A DNA stretch of 64,000 nt from a virus (IMGVR_UViG_3300009174_000002:32001-96000); one strand, 5' to 3'. Shown: positions 1 through 10,219, counted from the first letter of the stretch. The notes: generated by a model not told the origin, from the sequence alone. Numbers and translations: made by a program.

Positions 1-316
1 TACGACTATGTGAATTTTCTGAAATTTCAAAAAAGTTTTTTCTTAATGTCAGTTTAAGAAATTTATGATATGATTCGTTTGTTTTATGAAAAATAATTAA
101 TAAATCAGCTTGATTAGAAAAAGTTTCACCAAACATAGGAGTTTCAAAAATTACATTCTTTTCTTTTGAAATTTTATCTAAATAGGGATTTAATTTATCT
201 AACGTTTTTTGTAAAAATTTTTCTTGTTCATTTCTTATATCTGGTCTATCTAATCTTCTAGGCTTAAAAAGGTTTTCTTCTTCAGATTCTTTTAATATCT
301 TATTGATTAGATTCAT
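1..316 (-). CDS. FKPRR-tag family protein (partial, runs off window start)
   Basis: Not in ORF track. ATG at 316 reads MNLINKILKESEEENLFKPRRLDRPDIRNEQEKF... and stays open to the window edge. Confidence 0.8.
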   Translation of the reverse strand, partial: MNLINKILKESEEENLFKPRRLDRPDIRNEQEKFLQKTLDKLNPYLDKISKEKNVIFETPMFGETFSNQADLLIIFHKTNESYHKFLKLTLRKNFFEISENSHSR

Positions 317-721
317 TTAATCTAACTTTATATATTGTAAAACTATTTTTAGCATTTCATTTATTTCATCTCCTTTTGTTAAGTTTTTTTCTATTTCAGG
401 TTTTTCCGGATTATTAGTAAATAATAAAAATTTATTTTCATTATTTAAAATTATACTAATACTTTTTATTCTTTCTGCTTTAATACTATTTTTTATTCCT
501 TTAAAATAAGTAATTCCTAATTTTGCATCGTATATAAGATTTCTTGCTTTTATTGAAGTTATAACAAAAATATTCGTAGTTTTATAATTAGGAAAATATT
601 TTTTTAATCTTTTAAGAAGTTCTTTTAATAGTTTTTCTGGGTCTGATCTATCCTCTAATCTTCTGGGTTTGAAAAGATTTTCTTCTTCAGATTCTAATAA
701 TATTTTAGAAATAAGATTCAT
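317..721 (-). CDS. FKPRR-tag family protein (putative internal head protein)
   Basis: MNLISKILLESEEENLFKPRRLEDR leader. Confidence 0.75.
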   Translation of the reverse strand: MNLISKILLESEEENLFKPRRLEDRSDPEKLLKELLKRLKKYFPNYKTTNIFVITSIKARNLIYDAKLGITYFKGIKNSIKAERIKSISIILNNENKFLLFTNNPEKPEIEKNLTKGDEINEMLKIVLQYIKLD

Positions 722-1362
722 TATAAATACTTAACTGTATCTTTAAAAATTTCCCTTAATTTTCCTACTGATAAATGTATTATTGCTTGTTCCACAGGTT
801 CCATTTCCTGAATTTCACTAACAGTAGATGAACAAGCTGCATAAAACATAGATTTGTTTGTTTGAGCTATAAAATAAATTTGAGAATGTTTTATTTTCCT
901 CATAATTAATATTTCTCTGGCACTAGTATTTTCCTCAAAATCTTTTGGACTTACAATATTTTGTCCATTAACTGTTGCATCAAGAAATATTTTAGTCAAA
1001 CTTTTATCTAATACTATTTCTTGATATTTATCATATTCAGATTTCAAAGGTCTAGAATAATCCTCATATAACATACTAAGATAAAATTTTACTCCAGGAA
1101 CTAATAGTGATCCTCCATTAGACACCTTATATACAGAGAATCTATCAATCTTTGTTTCATCCAATACAGGTTTCATACAATCAACGTAAATCTCATTAAT
1201 TTTGTTAATATTAAGTGACGGTTTAGTAATACTTTTCTTGTGAATAAAATATCTAGTTATTCTTCCTGCTTCCGTCAATATAGCACCACCTAAAGTACCA
1301 GATAAAAGAGTAATTATATCCATATACGTATATTTGTTGATATTAAATGTCTTAGATCCCAT
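721..1362 (-). CDS. membrane-anchored protein, possibly holin-like with GAF-like soluble domain
   Basis: N-terminal hydrophobic segment (IITLLSGTLGGAIL) then DRFSVYKVSNGG...LSMLYE. Architecture resembles T4 holin T. Start may be the internal MDII. Confidence 0.35.
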   Translation of the reverse strand: MGSKTFNINKYTYMDIITLLSGTLGGAILTEAGRITRYFIHKKSITKPSLNINKINEIYVDCMKPVLDETKIDRFSVYKVSNGGSLLVPGVKFYLSMLYEDYSRPLKSEYDKYQEIVLDKSLTKIFLDATVNGQNIVSPKDFEENTSAREILIMRKIKHSQIYFIAQTNKSMFYAACSSTVSEIQEMEPVEQAIIHLSVGKLREIFKDTVKYL

Positions 1363-1444
1363 AAAAGTTTTAATTTTTTATATAAAAATCAACATTTAGG
1401 TTTACTTTTAAATAGTGATTTTATCACATTTACCCTAAAAAGAA

Positions 1445-4111
1445 TTAAACATTACCATTCATGCCTAAATCAATGAAAGTTTTTTTAATATTTCTTTTAA
1501 CTTTAGATTCATATAAATCCATTACTTTTTCTACTTGTGCTTTAGATGGTTTTAAACTAACTGGTTTAGATAAATGTTCTATTTGCTTGTCTACTTGTTC
1601 TTTTAGTATTCTTTCTACTCCTGGTAATTGTTCTGTCGATTCAAATTTTAAGTTTTTAAAGATATCATCGGTATTAATACCTAAAGCAGCCATTTTTGCT
1701 TTTTTCTTATCAGGATCTGGCTCTTCATAAAAGCCATTTTCTTCCAACTGTTTTAAACGCCAAATTAATTTCTTTTCTATTAATTGATTTTTAAAAGTTT
1801 GAGCTATTTGTTCGTCAGAGAATTTTAAAATATCTTTTAATACTTGAGTATAACTCATTACAGATATTCCGGTACTATTATCCAAAGCTGCCTTGGCTAA
1901 ATCAATTCGCTGTTGAAGTAATTCATTTTTAACTTTTTCTGCTAAAGTAGATGAATTGTTCATAGTCAATTCAAAAGATTCAAGTTCATCTTTACTATGT
2001 CCATTCATATAAAGATGAACTAATCCTATGTGCAATAATCCTTCAACAAAATAACTTTGATATTGTTTTACAGCATTATTAAACCTAAGATCTTCTTGAG
2101 AATTGTGTACAAATATACCTCCAACATCTAAAGAAAAATTATGATGTTTTTCCACCTCTAAATCATACATTTGTTTTGGCTCATTCAAATGTATGATTTC
2201 TACTCTTTCTACATAAACTACTTTTTCAAAAATATTTTTAAGTTGATTTCCTATTTTCAATTCATCTGCTCTTACATAAACTAAATCTTCTAATAAAAAT
2301 TCATGATTATCAGTAGCATCTACATATCCTTTATCATTGTTCAAATGTACTCGATAGATGGTGTCAGTTAATCTTGTGGGTTTGCACCATTTTACTTTGC
2401 CATAGGTAATAAATCCCTCACTATCTGAACTCAATACATAAACCTTATAATTTGATTTCTTTTCAAAATTTTCAGTTAAATCTTTAATAGAGATTTTTCC
2501 TTCTGAAGTATTTACAATAGTTTCTCCTGCTAAACAAAGAGCAGCTTTATTACTGAGATCCTCTTCAAAAGTTAAGTAAGATTTAGGTATAAGAAGACCG
2601 GCAAATAAATCATCTTTAATAATTTTATAATCTTCTACTGCATCAAGATTATTTGCGCCTTCCAATAGTTCTACTCCGCCAACATCACCCTCTTGAGTAG
2701 GCAAATAAAAATTTTCTTCAATACTTATACTACTGAATTTAAAATCAATCTCTCCTGTCTTTGGATCAACTAAAGGTTTTTTATACAATTGTTTTTTCAT
2801 ATTTTCTGCATATCTTAATGCAGAATCAGGATCTAGTCCTGTAGTATCTATTTTAAATAAATACCTTTGAGGTGCTCTAGTAATTCTATAAATTACCAAG
2901 GCTTCCCTCATTAATACTATCCTTCTCCAGGTATCAACAATTGATCTTAATATGGATTGTCCATAAGGTTCAGTTTCAATATCTTGTATTATTTTCCAAT
3001 GAACAATTTCCCAAGGTTCAAATTCTAATCCTCCGCCATATCCATACCATCTATATTTAAAAGCATCCAATCTATCGGCATTTTCAATTAAATGTATTCT
3101 CAAAGTCTCTGGCGGTAAATGAAATAAATCTAATACTCCTACGCCACGTCTAGTATTTAAAAAACTATATCCATTGCCAAATTTTAACATATTTCTTACA
3201 ATAAGATATGCTCTACTATCTAGTTTTAAATTTCTATAAAAACATTCATCTAAAGCTGTAACCACATTTCTATCGGGAGAAGCTATTTTTACTATAGTTC
3301 CTTCTGCATCTTTATTACAGTTATGAACTACTATATGAAAACTCTTTGTTAATTTTAAAGTAAAATGATGATCAGGAGAAACATTTATTAAATCAAAAAC
3401 TTCTTCTTCTCCTATAGGAGTTATATTTAAAATTGTAGTTTGTAAAAATCTTTGCTCTTTACATCCACAACTGGGGTCCTTCCAATCATAATAACAAAAT
3501 ATTAAATCTCCTAGCTTAAGATCTTTTAATTCTTTATATTTATTATTTCCTACAAAGATTTTATGATTATCAGTGCATTTAAATTTAGCAGTTGGAATAT
3601 CATCCCATTCAGAAGTTTCTTCATCTATAACCCTGGCTACCGTTACTTCAAATACTTGTTTTAATCCATTACTTTTTACTCCCAAACATTCATTCCAACA
3701 TTTTCTTTTCCATTTAGGATCATAGGAATTAACCAAGAAAAATTTACTATTCTTTTTATATTGATCTAGTATTGTTATATCTCCTTCGGGAGTAGTAATT
3801 ACACAATCTCCAGATAAACATACTTCTTGACTATACAAAGTAAGTGCCGCGTTAATAATTGGAAATGTGGCATCCATCCTTCTAAACTCATCAAATAATT
3901 CTATATGTTTTAAGTTCCAATTCTTTTGTTGTAGATATTGTCTAAAAACTTGATATTCTTGTTTGAGTTTTAATTCTTCTTTGGATTGAGGAGAATTAAG
4001 AATATTAATACCTCCTTTTCCGCCTATTCTTGTTATATCTTGATTTTGTACTCTTTTGAAGAAATCCGATACGTGTTTAAAAAAGCCATCGTTTTTTCTG
4101 TTATCAGCCAT
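1445..4111 (-). CDS. portal protein (T4 gp20-like) with two inteins
   Basis: PYGQSILR, LMREALVIYRITRAPQRYLFKIDT, ENFYLP, DDLFAGLLIPKSYL, QEDLRF are gp20-family motifs. Confidence 0.93.
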   Translation of the reverse strand: MADNRKNDGFFKHVSDFFKRVQNQDITRIGGKGGINILNSPQSKEELKLKQEYQVFRQYLQQKNWNLKHIELFDEFRRMDATFPIINAALTLYSQEVCLSGDCVITTPEGDITILDQYKKNSKFFLVNSYDPKWKRKCWNECLGVKSNGLKQVFEVTVARVIDEETSEWDDIPTAKFKCTDNHKIFVGNNKYKELKDLKLGDLIFCYYDWKDPSCGCKEQRFLQTTILNITPIGEEEVFDLINVSPDHHFTLKLTKSFHIVVHNCNKDAEGTIVKIASPDRNVVTALDECFYRNLKLDSRAYLIVRNMLKFGNGYSFLNTRRGVGVLDLFHLPPETLRIHLIENADRLDAFKYRWYGYGGGLEFEPWEIVHWKIIQDIETEPYGQSILRSIVDTWRRIVLMREALVIYRITRAPQRYLFKIDTTGLDPDSALRYAENMKKQLYKKPLVDPKTGEIDFKFSSISIEENFYLPTQEGDVGGVELLEGANNLDAVEDYKIIKDDLFAGLLIPKSYLTFEEDLSNKAALCLAGETIVNTSEGKISIKDLTENFEKKSNYKVYVLSSDSEGFITYGKVKWCKPTRLTDTIYRVHLNNDKGYVDATDNHEFLLEDLVYVRADELKIGNQLKNIFEKVVYVERVEIIHLNEPKQMYDLEVEKHHNFSLDVGGIFVHNSQEDLRFNNAVKQYQSYFVEGLLHIGLVHLYMNGHSKDELESFELTMNNSSTLAEKVKNELLQQRIDLAKAALDNSTGISVMSYTQVLKDILKFSDEQIAQTFKNQLIEKKLIWRLKQLEENGFYEEPDPDKKKAKMAALGINTDDIFKNLKFESTEQLPGVERILKEQVDKQIEHLSKPVSLKPSKAQVEKVMDLYESKVKRNIKKTFIDLGMNGNV
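2102..2536 (-). mobile_element. mini-intein 2 in portal (145 aa)
   Basis: AAL|CLAGETIVNTSEG ... ATDNHEF ... MYDLEVEKHHNF...IFVHN|S. Confidence 0.92.
3320..3820 (-). mobile_element. mini-intein 1 in portal (167 aa)
   Basis: QEV|CLSGDCVITTPEG ... KCTDNHKIF ... VFDLINV...HIVVHN|C; no LAGLIDADG domain. Confidence 0.92.
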
Positions 4112-4130
4112 TCATGATAGGAGATTTTAC

Positions 4131-4138
4131 TTTAAATA
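4131..4138 (-). promoter_or_regulatory. putative late promoter TATTTAAA (representative copy, upstream of portal)
   Basis: Same octamer lies shortly upstream of minus-strand starts at 1407, 4446, 5297, 8675, 11516, 18751, 20419, 23354, 24207, 31686, 33729, 36582, 40013, 41920, 48403, 55585, 59338. Confidence 0.7.
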
Positions 4139-4183
4139 TGTTTTATTTTTTGAACTTACAAGTAAATTTAACCAAAAAAATTT

Positions 4184-4221
4184 AAACATAAAAAAAGGAT
4201 AGTTTTTTTAGGACTATCCTT
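4184..4221 (-). terminator. intrinsic terminator
   Basis: Stem AAGGATAGT/ACTATCCTT followed on the minus strand by TTTTTTTATGTTT. Confidence 0.75.
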
Positions 4222-4245
4222 AAATTCTATTTAAAGTTTTTTTAT

Positions 4246-4428
4246 TTACTTTTTTGCAACTGTATTGGAATCAGCCGCTAAACGACCAAAAACTGCAATT
4301 AAAACAGCACTTACAATTTGTAACCAATTGGTTTGTCCAGCTTGTAAAAGAGTTTGAGCAGCAGTTAAGCCAGCTAATATTATACCAATAATTGTTGTCA
4401 AAGGAGAAGAGCCAAGTAATTTTCCCAT
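4246..4428 (-). CDS. small two-TM membrane protein, holin-like
   Basis: 60 aa, two hydrophobic helices, basic C-terminus; has its own promoter motif and terminator. Confidence 0.55.
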   Translation of the reverse strand: MGKLLGSSPLTTIIGIILAGLTAAQTLLQAGQTNWLQIVSAVLIAVFGRLAADSNTVAKK

Positions 4429-4472
4429 TAATTAATAATTTTTACTTTAAATAATGTAGGGCTAATATTTTT

Positions 4473-4712
4473 TTAGAATGCTGTGGAAACTGTTCCTTGT
4501 TTAGGCAAATCATTATCAGTCCTTCCACCATCATAATTTGAAATCCAAATTTGTGTGGTAGAACCAGGAGTTATTGGTTGGCTAGGAGCAGTGGATTGAG
4601 GATAATTTCCATACAGAGAATTTTGTGAATCTGCTAATGATTTTTCATGTGCGGACATAGTTTGTGCATCACTAGGTGAAATACTACCATTTGGTGTTAT
4701 ATACGAAGGCAT
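4473..4712 (-). CDS. hypothetical protein (S/T/P/Q-rich, possibly virion)
   Basis: ORF in late operon. Confidence 0.55.
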   Translation of the reverse strand: MPSYITPNGSISPSDAQTMSAHEKSLADSQNSLYGNYPQSTAPSQPITPGSTTQIWISNYDGGRTDNDLPKQGTVSTAF

Positions 4713-4724
4713 TGATTTATTTTT

Positions 4725-5276
4725 TTATTTTTTGATTAAATCTGAGGTTTCCTGCACAACAAGCACTGTAAGTATTTCATTACAGTTTGAAAATGCGTCA
4801 TCTAATAATCCTTCAAATTGTTTTTGATTTATGTTTTGTTTTTCAACTATATCATAAATAGTTAATAAAGCATCACAAGCAATTCTGGTTTGTTTTAACA
4901 AATCTTTTTTACAATTTGAAGTAATATTTAGATTTACTTTTTCTTGTAATAGTTCTACTTGCTTTTTAAAATTTTTACTTTCTCTAAAACTTACATCTCC
5001 TTCATCATGTCTATCTTCTACATTTTGTAATTGCCCTCTTTCTCTTTTAGATAGGTAGGAAATAAATTGTCTAGCATAATCATTATCATCTATAGGATTA
5101 TTAAAATAATCGCTATTTTCAAAATTTTCTGCGGCTTCTAAATCTTTTGGTCTATTTATTTTTTGAAAAATATAATCATAGTTTCTTTCCCTCAGAATCT
5201 TTTTTATATTCTTTGATTCTGTCATAGGTTTTTTAGTTTTACAACCGCAACTACAATTTTTTTTATTTTCACACAT
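4725..5276 (-). CDS. hypothetical protein
   Basis: ORF downstream of TATTTAAA motif; N-terminal CSCGC. Confidence 0.6.
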   Translation of the reverse strand: MCENKKNCSCGCKTKKPMTESKNIKKILRERNYDYIFQKINRPKDLEAAENFENSDYFNNPIDDNDYARQFISYLSKRERGQLQNVEDRHDEGDVSFRESKNFKKQVELLQEKVNLNITSNCKKDLLKQTRIACDALLTIYDIVEKQNINQKQFEGLLDDAFSNCNEILTVLVVQETSDLIKK

Positions 5277-5310
5277 TATGTTATATATACTTTTTCTTTA
5301 AATAATGGTT

Positions 5311-5907
5311 TTAATAGTTTTCATCATAAAATTCTAAATCTATTTTTTCACTAGCTAAATCAATAGTTACAGATTCAATATATAAAGAATCATTTATATT
5401 AATACTAGGTTTTAATAATTCAAAACTAGTTGTATTAACTGTAAAGGGAAAATCAGTATCTCTATCATATATTTTTCTACCATTTAATTTTTTGGCTCTA
5501 TCCTCAATTCTTCTAGGTTTAAAAAGATTTTCTTCTTCAGTTTCAATGCCTCCCATTTCATCACCATAAATTTCAAGAGTAAATTTTAATTGGCTTTCTA
5601 ACATAGATATAAAAGTTCCTTCTATTCCACTTTTATTAAGCCAAAAATTTAATTTCCATTTTATATAAAACTCTAATTCAAATTCATTATATTCTTTATC
5701 TATTACATTTTGAATAGCTTCAAATTCTGGATGATTTTTTTGTAAGTATTGAGGAATATTATTAATTGAAACTTGATAATTTTTTCTATTATTTAACGTT
5801 GTTTCAAATATAAAATCATTAGATTCAGAAGTATATTCTTTTAGTAAAACTTTTTTATTAGAATATTTTTCTAGAAGTTGTATTATAGTATTTTGTCGTT
5901 TATTCAT
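5311..5907 (-). CDS. tagged protein (LLEKYS tag and internal FKPRR tag)
   Basis: LLEKYSNKKVLLKE; ETEEENLFKPRRIEDR. Confidence 0.75.
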   Translation of the reverse strand: MNKRQNTIIQLLEKYSNKKVLLKEYTSESNDFIFETTLNNRKNYQVSINNIPQYLQKNHPEFEAIQNVIDKEYNEFELEFYIKWKLNFWLNKSGIEGTFISMLESQLKFTLEIYGDEMGGIETEEENLFKPRRIEDRAKKLNGRKIYDRDTDFPFTVNTTSFELLKPSININDSLYIESVTIDLASEKIDLEFYDENY

Positions 5908-6703
5908 TTATTTGTTGTGCATTAAAAAAATAAAATAAAGTTTCATCTAAAAAAATGGAAGTAGCCTTTTCAAAATGATTTAAAATTTCTTCCAAAAAAT
6001 CAGAAAATATTTCTGTTTCATCAGTAAGTGAAAAAACACTAAACTTCTTATAATTATTTAAGAAAACGGTATTCATTCTTAAAAAAAATCTAGTAGTTAA
6101 AATATCAAATTCATAATAATCTTTACTAGGCAATTGTTTTATAGCTTTTACAATTACAATTTCATTAAATCTGTTTTTATCTACATCTGGATATAATTCA
6201 AATACTTTTTTTATATTATTTTCAATTTCCTCTAGTTTTTTATATTCTCTATCTTCAATTCTTCTGGGTTTAAAGAGATCATCGGATTCATTTAATTCTT
6301 TGGTTCCATATACTGTTTCCCAAAACATATCTGAAAATTTATTACTATTTTTCTCCCAATGATTTAATTCAAAATTCCAATTACAAGCTGCTTTATAAGT
6401 TCCAAACTTTTGTCCAGGTTTAACATATTCTTTCTTAATATATAATAAACACATACAAGACCATTCTTCCTTTCCTTCAAATTCATTAAACTCTGGAGGA
6501 TCTATTATTTTTCCGTCTACATATCTATTCATCTCTTCTATAAATACTTTTACTTTAGTACCTTTAGTATATTTTGTTAACATAGTTTTTTCTAATTCTG
6601 ATAAACTATTTAATCTTCTATTAATTCCTTTTGGACTAAACAAATCTAAAGCGGAATCTCCTTCTTTTAATAAATTTAATATCTTAGATTTGAAATTATT
6701 CAT
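5900..6703 (-). CDS. two-cassette FKPRR-tag protein
   Basis: KILNLLKEG..DLFSPKG; internal LNESDDLFKPRRIEDR; N-terminal domain paralogous to 10654..11094. Confidence 0.75.
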   Translation of the reverse strand: MNNFKSKILNLLKEGDSALDLFSPKGINRRLNSLSELEKTMLTKYTKGTKVKVFIEEMNRYVDGKIIDPPEFNEFEGKEEWSCMCLLYIKKEYVKPGQKFGTYKAACNWNFELNHWEKNSNKFSDMFWETVYGTKELNESDDLFKPRRIEDREYKKLEEIENNIKKVFELYPDVDKNRFNEIVIVKAIKQLPSKDYYEFDILTTRFFLRMNTVFLNNYKKFSVFSLTDETEIFSDFLEEILNHFEKATSIFLDETLFYFFNAQQINE

Positions 6704-7101
6704 TAGTTAAATAATAAAATATCCATTTCATGATTTACAAATTCTTGAGTAGTTTTAGAATACTCAAATTTACTATGCATTAATTGTATATTCTTTTCAT
6801 TTAAAATTATAGGCCGAATACTTACAATTTTTCTAGGTTCATTTAAATATTTATTTATATTTTCATTTAAATACTTTTCCATTTTTTGCCTAACTTCTTC
6901 TTTAGAATCTCCTCTTGCTAAATATCTAGTAACGATATGTTTAAAATTTTTTGACCTAGTTTTTACAAACCATATATTATTTAATTTAAATTTAAAATCT
7001 AGATATTCTTGATTTAAAACTTCTTTTCTATCTTCTATTCTTCTTGGCTTGAAAAGATTTTCATCTTCAGATTCTAATAGTATTTTATTTATTAGATTCA
7101 T
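6703..7101 (-). CDS. FKPRR-tag family protein
   Basis: MNLINKILLESEDENLFKPRRIEDR. Confidence 0.75.
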   Translation of the reverse strand: MNLINKILLESEDENLFKPRRIEDRKEVLNQEYLDFKFKLNNIWFVKTRSKNFKHIVTRYLARGDSKEEVRQKMEKYLNENINKYLNEPRKIVSIRPIILNEKNIQLMHSKFEYSKTTQEFVNHEMDILLFN

Positions 7102-7785
7102 TTAAATTAAATTAGGAACCATTATATTCAAAACTTTTACTTTTACTTTTCCAGTAATTTTACAAACCACTTCACTTTGTTTTGCCATATCATTACTATT
7201 ATAATCTGTAGCTAATTGTTTTACAACTTCTGGATAAGCAAAATTTATTAATCCGGCATCTAATGCTTTATAACAATCGGAAAAGAATTGATTTAATTTT
7301 AAAGCTGTAATTACCGAAGATAAAGTAGATTGTGAAGTTGATTCTACTAATACCCATGCCTTGCCTTTTTCTTGATCTCCATGTTGATTTTGATCTACTG
7401 CAAAATGTTTAAAAAACCACATTGCTCCTTCTTTGTTAAAAGACCAACTTTGATAAGATGCAGGTCCTGTGACAATTGAATTCATTCTCATAATATCTTC
7501 ATTAGTTGCATTTTTATCAACTCTTAAATGAATAGCCCTATATATTTTTCCTATTTCTGGTGATCCATAAACTTTTTGTAAAATATTAAAAGTTTGTTCT
7601 AAATCACCCATTCTATCTTTATTTCTTCCGCCCATAAAACTACCTGCAAACCAGTTTTTTACATATAAAGCACATTTTGATGGTGCATCTTTTCCTCCTA
7701 TTGTAATTATTTGTTTGATTTTATCAATAGCATCTACATTAGGTTTAAGCATACTTTCGAGTAATATCTTATCTATCAATTTCAT
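7102..7785 (-). CDS. putative R-S-E ADP-ribosyltransferase with capsid-type leader
   Basis: KIYRAI ... YQSWSFNKEGAMWF ... QSEVV match the R, SxS and QxE ART motifs; leader MKLIDKILLES. Confidence 0.55.
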   Translation of the reverse strand: MKLIDKILLESMLKPNVDAIDKIKQIITIGGKDAPSKCALYVKNWFAGSFMGGRNKDRMGDLEQTFNILQKVYGSPEIGKIYRAIHLRVDKNATNEDIMRMNSIVTGPASYQSWSFNKEGAMWFFKHFAVDQNQHGDQEKGKAWVLVESTSQSTLSSVITALKLNQFFSDCYKALDAGLINFAYPEVVKQLATDYNSNDMAKQSEVVCKITGKVKVKVLNIMVPNLI

Positions 7786-8661
7786 TTAAAAAATGTCTTG
7801 ATTATCATAATCTTCGTCTTCTTCATAAAATTTATTTAAATCATCTTTTTTATGATCTTTCTTTTTATCATGTTTATGTTTCTTTTTATTCTTTTTCTTA
7901 TCCTTATGTTTATCTTTCTTTTCTGTTTTTTCATATAACCCTTGAAGAATATTTTTTATTTCATTTCTATTAATATTTCTATTTTTTATATATTTTTCAT
8001 ATAATCTATCCTCATCATGAGCAATTCCTTCATCTTCATTTACATCAGTACCATTTCCATCAAACATGGTTATATTACTTTCACATATATCATTTATTGA
8101 TTCAGAAAATGCGGAAAGATTACCTCCGTTTGCAGAAGTAGGAACAAATGAATTATCTAAATCATCACTTTCTTCCAATGGTTTAGCTTTAGAATGAGAA
8201 TGTCTATTATCTATCATATCAATTTCTTCATCAGCAGTTTCTCCAGCTCCATATAAATCATTGTATTTATATTGTTCTGTATCCTCGTTTAACATATCCT
8301 CATCATCGCATTCTGTTAAACTACCTCCAGGCAACCCTGTATGATATTTAGTATCATCTTCGGTATTAAAATCAGTATATCCTGGTTGCATTAAATCTGC
8401 TTCTTCTAACCCCCAAGTTAGATTTTCAAACATAATTAAATCACTATCGGTATTTTCATCTTCGGTTAAATATTTTCTAAATATTTGAACTTCATTATCT
8501 ACTTCTTCATCTAGCCTATTATATGTAAATCCAATTGGCTTTTCATCTTCATCTTTTATCATCTTAATTCTTCCTTCATATCTAAAATTAGAAAAAGAAG
8601 ATTCATTTAAAAAACATAAAGTTTGTTCATGATTTCTAAACAAGTGTGATTGTTGTTTCAT
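7786..8661 (-). CDS. highly acidic protein with Lys/His-rich tail (putative core/internal protein)
   Basis: D/E-rich; many LxE sites; KKDKHKDKKKNKKKHKH tail. Confidence 0.6.
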   Translation of the reverse strand: MKQQSHLFRNHEQTLCFLNESSFSNFRYEGRIKMIKDEDEKPIGFTYNRLDEEVDNEVQIFRKYLTEDENTDSDLIMFENLTWGLEEADLMQPGYTDFNTEDDTKYHTGLPGGSLTECDDEDMLNEDTEQYKYNDLYGAGETADEEIDMIDNRHSHSKAKPLEESDDLDNSFVPTSANGGNLSAFSESINDICESNITMFDGNGTDVNEDEGIAHDEDRLYEKYIKNRNINRNEIKNILQGLYEKTEKKDKHKDKKKNKKKHKHDKKKDHKKDDLNKFYEEDEDYDNQDIF

Positions 8662-8711
8662 TTTATTTTTTATTTTTAAATAATGGTTTAACCATATTTG
8701 CCCTTAAAGAG

Positions 8712-9650
8712 CTAAATACTATTTAAATATTTTTTGGCATCTAAAATAGCTTTTGTTGCTTCCTTATTAGTTAATTTTTCAGAACCATATGTATAATTTA
8801 AAGAACCATAATCCGATATTTTCTTTAAAGTTTCAAAACTCTTTTTTAAATTATCAAAATATAATTCTATTTGTCGAGAAGTTTTATAATCTAATTTTCC
8901 TTTTTGTAAGTCAGATTTTACTAATTCTCTTAATTCCAAAGGTAAAATATTTACAAACTTTTCTAATTTTTCTTTAGCTAATCGTTTATTTTTTTCAATT
9001 AATGGTTTTAATTCTGTACCGCCATAGTTATTAAATTGTTCTCTATCAGCATAAAATTTACTTGAACCATTTCTATTTCTATCTTTAACTTTATCTATTC
9101 TTTTTTCGTCTTTTTGTATGGCATAAACCTCTATTTTAGTTGCTTCTTTTATATGAGGAATAGAAAAAATTTCTTTTACATTTTTGCTTCGTTTTGGTAT
9201 TCTATAATCTTCGCCTTTTCTTCTATAACTTCTATCTTTTAATTCTTCTTTAGGAATATTAACTGATATTCCATTAAACATTTGACTATCAGATTCGGAT
9301 ACTAAGACTATATAAATTATTTCATCGCCATATTCTCTAATTGCCAAAGCTGGTTGTTCTTTGCTTACAGAATTGGCATATATTATCAATGCATCGTATT
9401 TACTTTTTCTTATTAAATTAATAAGAGGTTCTACTTCAAATTTATTTAAAGTTAATACTTTTTCAACTTTGGATTGAGGGCTTATAAAGCTATTATTATA
9501 TCTATTACTACTACCAAAAAGATATCTATCCCATCCATTCTTTGTTATTCCAGGCAATTGAGATAAATTTCCTAATGCTTCTTTTAAAGTAAGTTTATTA
9601 CTATTTGATTCATTTAAAAGTTTTGAAATTATCTCTAATTCATTTTTCAT
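8712..9650 (-). CDS. hypothetical protein with KLLNES leader
   Basis: IISKLLNES..LTLKEA. Confidence 0.65.
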   Translation of the reverse strand: MKNELEIISKLLNESNSNKLTLKEALGNLSQLPGITKNGWDRYLFGSSNRYNNSFISPQSKVEKVLTLNKFEVEPLINLIRKSKYDALIIYANSVSKEQPALAIREYGDEIIYIVLVSESDSQMFNGISVNIPKEELKDRSYRRKGEDYRIPKRSKNVKEIFSIPHIKEATKIEVYAIQKDEKRIDKVKDRNRNGSSKFYADREQFNNYGGTELKPLIEKNKRLAKEKLEKFVNILPLELRELVKSDLQKGKLDYKTSRQIELYFDNLKKSFETLKKISDYGSLNYTYGSEKLTNKEATKAILDAKKYLNSI

Positions 9651-10210
9651 TATATATCCAGTAGTTTAATATTATTGTTTTTATCAAAACCTATATTCCC
9701 TAAATGTAAATCGTAAAAGTTATATCCATTTTGACTATTCTTGATTTCTGAAATATCTATATTACTTAATTTATGTAGAAACTCAACAAGATTAGTCAAA
9801 AATTCATTGTTCTCAAATATCTCATAAATTTTTTTTGAATTATTTTCAAATGTAAACTGTTCTATTCCCGAAAACTTATTTGCTGGGGAATCAAAATAGG
9901 AATAAAATCTTTGATCTACAACTTTTAAATTATCTACTTCATTATAAAATTTAACTCTATCCAATTTTTCCTGTACCATATAACCTTTATCAATATTTAT
10001 TTTTACTATTTTTGCAAATAAATCAGGATAGGATTTATAAAAATTAAACTCATATTCTAACATATTTTTATAACTAGAATCAGATATTTGTTTTACTATG
10101 TAATTTGGATTAGTTTTTAAAGGATAGGCTTTTTTATAAACACCCGAACCAATAGATAACTTTTGATCTAATTCTTGTAATAACTTTTTTATTCTAGTAT
10201 TTAAAGACAT
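9650..10210 (-). CDS. minimal protein kinase-like protein
   Basis: Gly loop IGSGVYKKAY, YIVK lysine, MVQEKL hinge, DLHLGNIG catalytic loop, KLLD. Confidence 0.75.
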   Translation of the reverse strand: MSLNTRIKKLLQELDQKLSIGSGVYKKAYPLKTNPNYIVKQISDSSYKNMLEYEFNFYKSYPDLFAKIVKINIDKGYMVQEKLDRVKFYNEVDNLKVVDQRFYSYFDSPANKFSGIEQFTFENNSKKIYEIFENNEFLTNLVEFLHKLSNIDISEIKNSQNGYNFYDLHLGNIGFDKNNNIKLLDI

Positions 10211-10219
10211 TTATACTTT

